Assembly (NCBI RefSeq): GCF_021869535.1
Contig: NW_026262745.1
Span: 20,460,001-20,524,000 of the forward strand
Direction of reading: 5' to 3'
Origin: Mytilus californianus
Taxonomy: Eukaryota
Length of the DNA stretch: 64,000 nt
The position numbers were made by a program, and so were the translations under genes. This document shows, one piece after another, positions 1 to 10,455 of the stretch. The notes beneath the pieces were generated by a model, which had not been told where the DNA came from, searched no databases, and worked only from the letters and a program-made list of their open reading frames with translations. Every line of letters starts with the position of its first letter. Position 1 is the first letter of the stretch.

Positions 1-1547
1 AAGTGAATCATCTGTTCTGTTTTGCGGGATGTATACATACCCGGACACGTCCTGTCGGAATATGGACTTAATACCTGACGACTCGTGTGGGAATGAAAAG
101 TCATGCTCTATTTTCGTTAAAGAACCCTTACTACAACTCGGTTAAAGGTCTGTAAATGGCCTTTTGCAAGGGAAATGTCTGGATGGTACCTGATCAATTT
201 TATCTTAAAAACGCGCGTCTTGCAAATTGATACTGGTCTCCTACGTTTATTTAACGCACAATAAACGAGTTGGCTTGAGTAAAACCATTTGATATTGATC
301 CATACGTCTGTGAAAGGATATATGCAAAAGTGAAAATAATGTACAAATGAAACTGAATATTGTGCATATTCACACATGATATATCATTTCTCAAGTTCTC
401 AGACTACACAATAATGAATATTACTTTTTTGTTATCACGCATTTACTTTAATATATACATTGTGTTGCACACAAATCTCTACAAATCTATTATAACGCTA
501 GAGTTACCATCTATATATAATATCTTTCGTAGGGCGACATGACATGAACGTGGTTTAGTTTACAATATATGGATTAACACAGTCTTAATATAATATGATA
601 ACAAGAAGCTAGTTAATTGAGGCATGAACAGTAATTTTTCAGAATGTTCAATTTTATTGAGTCGATGTTGACAGAAGCTGCTTGATATAAATTTTTTTTT
701 TACAATGAAATCATGGTTCTTAAATTGATGGAATTAATCTCTAAAACTTAAATTTGTCAGAAATCAGGGTTAGTTAGTTAAGGAGTGAATCATACTGACT
801 AGATCCGCTTCGTCAAGCATAGCTGCATTGCGGAGGTACAGCGGCCGATATTAGAGTGAACAATTTCTAAATCGGTACTTCGAGTTAGCTATCAGTAACT
901 GCGTGCAATCCTTTACATATTGTTTCGTATTGGTTTACTGGTTTATTGTCCTTTTATATAGATAATTGACTTTTTAACCGTTTTTATAGAGTATGTTCTG
1001 AATATTTTGATTGTCTAGTGAGTTTTAAATGTTAGAAAATTGAATAAGCAAGAATCCAGTTTACCTGAGCTACAATGAGGATTGATAGAAGAGAATCCCA
1101 TAAAAAGTAGTCAGTATTAGAACATTGATTGTTTTCAAAGAATATAGCCTGAAGAATATAACATTAGTTATTTCCTACATTATACACAATATAACTAGGA
1201 ATTAACATTTTGAAACAATACCCGTGGATAATTGGTGCCAATTTTCATCACAATAATAGTTATAACACTAAAACAAAAATCAAATTAATAGAAATACAAC
1301 GAACAAGTACCAAACAAATCATCACTTCCATTGCAAAGATAAATTGCATTGACTAGAGGTATACATGATGTAAGAAATATATTAACTCGAACAATGCTCA
1401 TATATGACATATCTATTTACTATTGGAAATAAAATGTACAAACACCTTACATACGACTATTTTTCAAGAAAGATCTTTATCAAGGCAATATAACAGAACA
1501 TGATGAAATGAACGAAAGCACAACTCTATTGTCAGATTAAGTGCTTA

Positions 1548-1692
1548 AGGCCTTTTAGCTTTCTGTTCGGTGTGAGCCAAGGCTCCGTGTTGAAGGCCGT
1601 ACTTTGACCTATAATGGTTTAACTTTTACAAATTGTGACTTGGGTGGAGAGTTGTCTCATTGGCACTCATACCACATCTTCTTATATCTATC
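1548..1692 (-). repeat. Family A fragment
   Basis: gtgagccaaggctccgtgttgaaggccgtac...ccacatcttcttatatct. Confidence 0.85.
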
Positions 1693-4600
1693 AACACAGT
1701 GAGCTGTCCTCTTACTATAAGACTTAGTGTTTCTATTGTAATGATATATTTAGCTTAATTTCGCTGATTGAGGAGGTTGGACAAATTTAGTATTAAGGAT
1801 AATACCCCCCCCCCCCCCTTTATGTTTTTCATGAAAAAGTTGATAACACACACTCACACACAACCATTCGTATGTTTTTGGCGCATGACTATCGTTGATG
1901 GCACTCACTGGTCACTTAAAGATATTTTTTTTTGTGTTGTGGGTTGTCGTCTTAATTTAAATTTCTCCTGCATTTATTTTGGCTCATCATTTTTTTCCTT
2001 AACTTAAGAGTTGAAAATTATAATTATTTACACAAAATGAGATGTGGGATGATTGTCAATGATTAAATCTATTAATGAATATATAAACACCATTAAGGTA
2101 TACAATTCAAACAACATGTAAACAAGAGTCAATATTTAAAATAGAATAGTATTTCCTTTCAAAATTAATAATTTGATCTTTGAAGGTTATAAAAACAATC
2201 AAATCAAAACTAACCTTGATGCTGCTTCCATTAAAATATCCACTTTTACAACATTTTTAAAAATACTAGTTTCTTTGGCTACGAATGATCCGCCTGGTTT
2301 TATTTAAATTGTCTCGGCATATTACACATAGAATGTTATTTGCATCCTGTGATCAATACACCATCATTTAAAGTAGACTTAAAACATTGTGTTTGTGGTA
2401 ATCTATTGAATTTTAAACAGCCCTGTAGGTTTTACACTTTCCTGTCGATAATCACATCAAGCCAATATTTATATAACATTCCATTAGAAAAGATTGTTCA
2501 GTATTTTTCTTTTATGAAGATCTGGAATATTCATAATGATTATGAATATTTTTCTTCATTTTTTTGTTTTCTGAGCGAAGGTTTTTACATAAGTACAATG
2601 TTCAAAGCTACCAGTTTCTTTTAAATTAATTCGTAACAACTTTATTGAATTTCATCTATTCCTCCTCGCACCATTAGGACCGGTGGGGGGGGGGGGGGTC
2701 TTTTAGTTTATTGAGGATTCGTGTTAGTATAATGTTATAGAACTCTGTCGTAGATTCCAACATTTTGTACTTAAATTCTGGAATTGTCTGTAGAACTGCA
2801 CAAAGTATATGCCTTAGGGCAAAGAAAGTAAAAGATATACATAATTAACAGGTAGGAAATAGCCAATTCATTTTATTAAAAGGGGTTCAATACCTCAATG
2901 CAGAGGAAAATACAAGAATGCTACTCCATACTACTAGTATACGAAACAAATTTACGGACAAGCAAGAAAGTATGTCTGCTGATCACTAGATACGTTGTAC
3001 AGCATTGAGTAATGCAAACTCTGACTAGTTAAACACTGCATGGGATACAGGTGATAACCTAGAACAGTAGGGAATCTGAGGTTGTCGATGATTTTTATGA
3101 ATTGTTTTAATATAATCAGAAAGTGTTACTATTCCCGGTATATTATGTGATATGATTTTAGACTCGGTTTACCATGTTTACTGAATTCAAATGAAATTAA
3201 AAAAAAAACTTTGTGTAATCCGTTTTATTGACATGTGAACATTTTTTATCAGCATGAGCAGTCACCAATATAACAATGATGTGTTGATTTAGTCAAATTA
3301 TCTTTTATCATTAGGAATTTATTTAATATGATTTTTATAAGACCACAAATAATGTGTTCCAATATCGTATTCTACAGTAGATAAGGAAAATATATTATTA
3401 CGCTGTGTGAACCATCATAATTGTAGACGCTTTATATTCACAAAAATATATTTAATTGAGAAGAAGGTGATAATTATAAATCACAATATTGAATATAAAA
3501 AGCTTTTGCAGGACGGCTTACAAAACGAATGGAATGATGCTGTTTAATCGCGATGAACTATAGATGTTCAATACAGATTAAAATATCCAGATTCAGATAC
3601 TAAGAAATGGAAATCTAGAGAAAAAAAGAACGTTATTTTAACTTTCTCTTTACTTCAATTTCATTTTTTTGAAACAATTTGATATCTTATTGTTTAGTAT
3701 CAAGATTTTATTAGCATGGTTTATTCAATATATAAAATTACATTGCCATAAATTGTTTTCGTTTGCTAATGCTTCGTAATAACCATAAAGCGCACAAGCT
3801 AGAAGGGCTCATAACATAAGATCTATGTCTTGTAAAAGCTACGTATATATAAATTTATACTCATATCATATAATTTTTATTCATCGCTGACCTTTTTGAA
3901 AGTTTAAATGAACTTATCATTAATCTTTGTATGAAACAGTGAACATCTTCAACATGAGGGTTTTGTTTACTATAAATACACGTTATTGCTATCATAAAAA
4001 TAAAAGTGCAGCACTTCATGGACTACATGGAAACCAAAATATAAAATCGAGAATATTGATATTTTTAACAATTCAAATATTTAATCAGGATAATTTCAAC
4101 AGCAGACCAAATGCAAACATATATCTCTGTGTACTTGAAACGGAATAATCATCAAGAAGGTTCCTTTTACAGTTTTCTTGTGTACATGTATGATTTGAAG
4201 TACATTTGTGACCAAAAATAATTTCAATGCAGGAAAACAAAGAAGCATTCAAGTCTTGTGTCCAAGCCATAAATAAGCACTTTGATACCATTACCTCAAT
4301 ACATGTAGCAGAGATTTAATAGCAGTATAATTAATACCTTTATCAATTGTTTACTTTATAAATGATACTGCCATACAAAAGTGTGAAATAACCTTTTCTA
4401 TGAAATCTTAAAAGGGAAATTATTCTTTTATAATAAATAGTTATGATATCATATGTATACGCCTATTTATGGTAGTATTTAGTAAAAGATTTGCCGGTCA
4501 ATTTATGATAACCTATTTGTACAGTGGTCAAAATTATACGTGCATTAAAATCTGAGATGTCATTGTAAACACGCGCATATATCGACCCATTTGAAAATCG

Positions 4601-5000
4601 CCTTCAAGAAATGGAAATCAGCAGTAGGAAAAAACGTCGTCCGGTTTGCCATGAATGTTGGTTTAAAGATTACCATTCGGAGAAATTTTAGTATTGAGGT
4701 TGAACAAAGACAATTAACGATCACTTTAGTAAGGATATGTTGTGGGTTGATTTTTCAATTTGTTTATTTAAAACAAATATGGATTGTTTACATATAATAT
4801 GCCGTCTACCGATCTGCAGGTACTATACAAATATATTTATCAAGAGGTGTGTCAATGGGTCTTAATGTTATTTAACAATTTAACAATAAACTGTGAATTA
4901 AGCAGTTATTTTTACTGTAGATGAATCGCACAGATAATTCCCGCTGGAAAACCAATCACTAGACGGTAGTCTTATATACAGTTATCTCCAAAACGAGTCA

Positions 5001-5292
5001 TGTCTGTCCAAAGTCAGGAGCCTGTAATTCGGTGGTGGTTGTCGTTTGTTGCTGTATATCATGTTTGTTTTTCATTTATTGTTTTGTACATAAATCAGGC
5101 TGTTAGTATTCTTGTTTGAATTGTATTACATTTTTTATTTCGGGGCTTTTTATAGCTGACTATACGGTATGGGTTTTGCTAATTGTTGAAGGCCGTAGGG
5201 TGATCTATAATTATTAACATATGCTTCTACATCTCTTGGTTTCTGGTGGAGAGTTGTCTGTTTGGCAATAATACCACATCTTCTTATTTTTA
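5001..5292 (-). repeat. Family A copy
   Basis: gtccaaagtcaggagcctgtaattc...ccacatcttcttatt. Confidence 0.85.
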
Positions 5293-5371
5293 TGAACAAA
5301 TGTATTATCGAACAAAAATATAGTATCGTCAAATTAGTGTATTGAGTGTAAGAAAACATTTGCTGTGTGTT

Positions 5372-5703
5372 TGTTTATTCCACATTGGCTAGAGGTATAG
5401 GGGGAGGGTTGAAATCTCACAAAACATGGTTAACCCCGCCGCATTTTTGCGCCTGTCCCAAGTCAAAAATATCTAGCCTTTGTTAGTCTTGTGTGTGTTT
5501 TTTTTTATATTTTGGTTCATTTGTATGTTTCGGAGTTTAGTGTGGCGTCCATTTCGCTGTATTAGTATGCATTATTGTTTAGGGGTCAGCTGATGCACGC
5601 CTCCGGGTGCGGGATTTTCTGGCTGCGTTGAAGACCCATTGGTGGCCTTGTGCTCTTTGGTCGGGTTATTATCTCTTTGACACATTTCCCGTTTCAATTC
5701 ACT
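5372..5703 (-). repeat. Family B copy
   Basis: Colinear with 14150-14488. Confidence 0.85.
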
Positions 5704-6609
5704 ATTAAAAGAAAAGATATAATAACGAATACAAAAGATATATTCCAATTGTGTTTTATCAAAAGACTATTTCATTATACAAATGTACATATATACCAAA
5801 CATTTCTGTTCGATATTACTATGTAAAAGTGGTGTGTGTATAGTGTATAGAAATCGTGACTGGGAAGAATACTACCCCCCAAAGGAACATATTAACATAT
5901 GCTTTATCCGAAGAGGCTCCGAACGATTTTAAGAAGGAAAACAAAATTAAGACAGAAGATAAAAACAATCATGAATCAAAGAAAACCAGACGATACCATG
6001 ACCAAAAAGAAAACAACGAATAGATAAACAACAGTCTTCGTCTCATTTACGTATGTATATGACATCAAAGTTCCACTTGCTAATACTCATGTGTAATACA
6101 AAAAATAATCACTGCAAAAAAGGATAGAAACAATTGATATAGATTCAAGAATGATTGGTTGTTACGATAGTATAAGATAAATAGATTATCGTTATTATTT
6201 ATAAGTTAGAGTAAAAATCTGAAATGTACTAGTCTACTAGCAACATATAGACAATGCATATAACACAATTAATCATTAGAGTTGTCTGGCCTGACGTATA
6301 TTTTATCATGTTAATATGTAAAGTGCATTAAGAATTCCTTTTTAATATTCAATTAAAGACCAATTTATTCATCATTTAAATTTTGAAGTAAAACAGGTAT
6401 AAGTAAATACTGCTTAATCAGTCTAATCAATATTCACAAAGTATAGCTTCTAAGTTTAAGATATCTTAAAATGCAATTGTTTGATGGCACACTTTGTAAT
6501 TATACATTACTGGGTGCTCAAAATGGATGTATGATGTAAAATATAGGATGATAACAATGCTATTGTTCGATCGTGGGGGTTCACATGAGGCATACATCAA
6601 AGTAAAATA

Positions 6610-7080
6610 GTAATTGGATGCATACACTGTATTAATGAATTATAAAAAAAATGAATGAATAATAATTCATTTAAAGCAGATATATTTTGTAATATATTGA
6701 ATTCTTTACAAAAGACTCTTTTGGTGCCTATCTAAACAGATTGTTCATGTACCGTATAAAAAATGCTACATTGACAATACTAGTACTAATGCCGTCATGA
6801 AAGGCCGTCTTGAACTTGCAGTAATGCGAACTGATGATGATGTTATTGCTCCATGTTCAATGCCCCAATGTGACTTTGCGATGAAGAAATCGCAATAAAA
6901 GCACTGTTCCTGTGCTTTTTGTGCTTTTTGCTGTACATGCACTGATTTTTCGTCATGAATGGATACCCCATATATCCTTTCTTAAGTCTTCTATTTGCTA
7001 AAGCCTACCAAATAACAGACAGCGGAATTCAAATTAAGGTAGATACAAAAAGGTAGACATTATATTCTAGCATTGTATAC
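6610..7080 (+). pseudogene. Possible heavily decayed RBR (RING1-IBR) ubiquitin-ligase remnant
   Basis: Cys spacing CIHC...CPYKKC (1-nt insertion)...29 aa...CSMPQCDFA...HCSCAFCAFCCTC; several stops; pattern recognition only. Confidence 0.3.
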
Positions 7081-8094
7081 ATGTAGATTTGTATGTGAAT
7101 TAAATAATAAAACGAATAGCTAGGACGAGTGCTTATAACAGTACACCAACTCTTTAAATATGAAGAGTCATTATGATTCATCCTGTACAAAAAGTGTTGC
7201 AAAAACACAGAAGACATAATTTGGTTCTTAAAGGTTCATCTCAAGTAAAACATAGTGTACAGTACATACTATTGAAATAGAGCTTATTTGTCGTTTATTA
7301 AAAGTAGCAAGGAATCATCTAAGCCGTCATTGTGTCTACAAAACATTGACAACTATGATGAAACCAGCGAACATGTCACAAAGATTGTATACATTTAACT
7401 CTCTCAGGCAAAGATGACTTCAGATTGCTCTTTATTCTGATTAAAACTTTTTGTTTGTTTTTTTGTTTTGTTTTAAATGCTCCTTGGACTTGTACAAATT
7501 TTGGCTTTTAAATTAATTGATGTGCAACAATGTAGTGTGATTAGCACCTGATGTCGGATTTATTCCAGATATATCTGTCATGCATACTTTATATCGATAT
7601 ATTGTAGGTTCTAAAGTGTATGTTAATGTTATTATAAACCAGTTGTAAACTTGTAGCAGGAGAGCTGCAAATACCAAATGTTTTAAGTATTCGTCTAGTC
7701 GGTGTTAGCTGAGGTATGATATGCCTTTTATACCGAACTCAAACACAAAATTTTGCCAAACCGATGATAATAATTTATGAATAACTTCTTAGATACATTA
7801 TCTGTACATAAACACAATAGCAAGAACAAAATTTAAGGCCTTGATGCTTAAATTGCATCAAATCCGGCGCGGCATACCGAATAATATTCAGGATTATCTT
7901 GCAGACATTATAGTAATATTGTGGAATGTTATAATGAGACCAAAACCCGTTGTAGCTTATGTAGAACGGTCTTTTTTGTCATATACTGCTGGTTTTATAT
8001 GCCAGTTGCTCAGTAGGAAACTGAGCTATTCCGATGATGTTTCATCCAACCCATATAATTGTCAAACATATCCCCTGAAAATATGCCTTCCAGT

Positions 8095-8208
8095 CACAGG
8101 CAGTTGTCCCCGAAAAAATACCTATATACCTTATTATAGCACTGGCACTTGTTTGAAACAAGTGCCTGTGTATTATATGTATTTGTTTCCGAGAGAAAAG
8201 TGCCTGTA
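8095..8208. mobile_element. Palindromic MITE (CACAGGCA...TGCCTGTA) containing a nested 31-bp TIR-only copy at 8140-8170
   Basis: The outer arms are inverted and match the 34728 element. The inner element CACTGGCACTTGTTTGAAACAAGTGCCTGTG is flanked by TATTATAG/TATTATAT (7 of 8 match). Confidence 0.7.
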
Positions 8209-8363
8209 CTCCTAATCTAATTTCTGCTACTTACTTTTCATGCAATTCTTTTATTGATGTTTATGTTTTATTGACGAAAAAAGCTCTTTCAAAGAGCACG
8301 TGTTTTATATCTTTGTTTGTGCATATATCGATTTTATTAAAATTATCTTATCTATCTTATTTA

Positions 8364-10196
8364 GATATACACTTGTTTTGTAGATCTAAGAAAAGCGTTT
8401 GACACAATCAATAGGGATGGCCTTTTTCATAAGTTACTAAAATATAATATAAAAGGGTCTTTTTTTAATATTTTAAAAGATATGTACAAAGATGTCTCTT
8501 TCTCTGTAAAATTAAAATAGGGACTAACACAAACATTTCCCTCGTGTGTAGGATTAAAACAGGGTTGTATATTAAGCCCTACATTATTTTCATTGTATAT
8601 AAATGAACTGGTTGAAACGTTTGACCACAAATGTGATCCAGCATGCCTAGATGATACATGTAAACAAGTGTCTTGTCTTCTTTATGCAGACGATTTAGTA
8701 GTAATATCAGAATCTGCATCTGGCCTGCAAAATGCTTTAGATTAATTAAATATGTTTTGTGATAAATGGAATCTATCTGTTAATCTTAATAAAACAAAGA
8801 TTATAATATTCAATAAATCAGGAAAAATTATTAAAAAACACAATTTCTATTATAATGGAAAACTACTAGAGCTGACTGATGAATACAAGTATCTAGGTAT
8901 AATTTTTAAACCATCTAGATCTTTTAGTACAGCAATTGATCAGTTATCTAAAAAGGCTAGCAAAGCTATTTTTGTATTAGAAAATTATTATATTCTGAAA
9001 AGATGAATTTACTACCACATTTAAAGCTTTTTGATTCATGTGTTAAACCTATTTTATTATATAGCAGTGAAGTTTGGGCTACTGTTAGTTTAGTGAAACA
9101 AAATACTACCATCGAGTCAAACTATGCAAACTTTAAATTAGTCCAAATAAGATTCAAATCAAATTTGCTAAATTTTTATTGGTGGGTGTAAATAAAGATG
9201 CTGTGAATAATGCTGTACTTGCTGAATTAGGTTTATTCCCACTTTCATTGACAGCCCTTAAAAATACAATTAATTTCTGGATTCATATCATTAATATGAA
9301 TAGCGAGAGTATGGTAAAGAAAGCATACAGTGAAAACTTAAACATGTCTAATGGTTTTTGTAGTAAAATAAAAGTGTTATTAGGTAAACTTGGTTTTCAG
9401 CATGTTTGGGAAAATCAAAATACTATGTCAAGGACAAAATTACCTTTTTCAGTTCAAAAAAAATTAGAGGAGGAATTCATAAAATCCTGGAAACAAGCTT
9501 TTTTTTGTGACTCTAATAAAGATAGTCATGGTAATAAACTAAGAACGTATCGCAAAGTTAAAAATAATTACGAATTAGAAAAATATCTCATACTGGACCT
9601 TAACAAAAATGTTATTTCTAAAATGGTAAAAATTAGAATTAGTAATAGCAAATTACTAATAGATGTTGGTAGATATACTAGAACACCTTTAGAACAGAGA
9701 ATTTGTCCACTTTGCAAGGATGGAATTGAAGATGAATTCCATTTCCTCATTAAATGTAAAGCGTTAGAATTTAATAGAAATATACTCTTTTGTAATTTAA
9801 GTGATATAGTCCATCTTTTGTTAATATGTCTGAGTGACAAGATAAATTTAGTTTCATTTTGAAAAGTAATGATACTGACATTTGCACTGTATATGTAGCT
9901 GGAATAAGCGATATGTATGATTAGAACATTCATTTAAAGCAAACATAATGTTGTTAAGAACTGTTGTAGTATTAAAGCTTATGGTAATAGCTTGAAGTGA
10001 TAATATAGTATGAATAACACCTCCACGCAATGTAGATATAAAATATGTGTCTCTTATCATTGAGAAAACATATCTCTGTATATTTGGTTTTTTTTGTTTA
10101 TTTTTGTCTGTTTTTGTATTTGTATTTTGTAAATGTCAGCTGGTATCATTCCTGTATTGGAATTTACACCAATAAAATTATTTGATTTGATTTGAT
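8364..10196 (+). mobile_element. 5'-truncated non-LTR retrotransposon (LINE, RTEX/Crack-like) with a decayed RT and C-terminal CCHC region
   Basis: Frame from 8368 reads YTCFVDLRKAFD...GLKQGCILSPTLFSLYIN...LLYADDLVV (YADD at 8683-8694). In-frame stops at 8518 and 8743, frameshifts near 9000 and 9180. RICPLC..IEDEFHFLIKC is present. AATAAA at 10171 is followed by a (TTTGA)n tail. Possible low-complexity TSD TTATTTA (8357-8363 and 10197-10203). The clade call is from recalled motifs. Confidence 0.9.
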
Positions 10197-10271
10197 TTAT
10201 TTATAATTTAACAACTGCGGAATTGTGCATGCGTTACTCGTATTCAGTTCAACTTTTATATTCGTTGTATG

Positions 10272-10295
10272 TCACATGATACATTTATCACATGA
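10272..10295. promoter_or_regulatory. Two MiT/TFE-type E-boxes (TCACATGA) directly upstream of the PRCP ATG
   Basis: TCACATGA at 10272-10279 and 10288-10295; its reverse complement is the MITF M-box core TCATGTGA. Confidence 0.5.
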
Positions 10296-10302
10296 TAAGA
10301 AA

Positions 10303-10455
10303 ATGCCGGCAAAATTGATTTTGCTTTTTCTGAGTTTTTGTGTGGTTTTCACAGAAAATGAGGGTTTTAGATTCCCACATATGAAAAATAGTTATTTAAA
10401 AAGCAACAACAGCAACAGTGGATACTTTTATAAAACGTTTTACTTCAAACAAAAG
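10303..10455 (+). CDS. PRCP: PRCP exon 1 (signal peptide to YFKQK)
   Basis: ATG at 10303, hydrophobic N-terminus, donor AAG|gtaaag, 51 codons. Confidence 0.9.

Noticed and set aside
73-110. CUGACGA...GAAA near the window start as a hammerhead
   Set aside because: Stem II does not close next to the core, and no stem I or III pairing was found.
2-145. Cys-containing open frame (...DSCGNEKSCSIFV...) resembling a SUEL lectin segment
   Set aside because: Truncated by the window edge, too few motif positions, and weak donor; cannot be supported.
3490-4320. Several short coding-looking segments (e.g. 4233-4319, ENKEAFKSCVQAINKHFDTITSIHVAEI*)
   Set aside because: Phases and splice sites could not be joined into a model, and no family was recognised.
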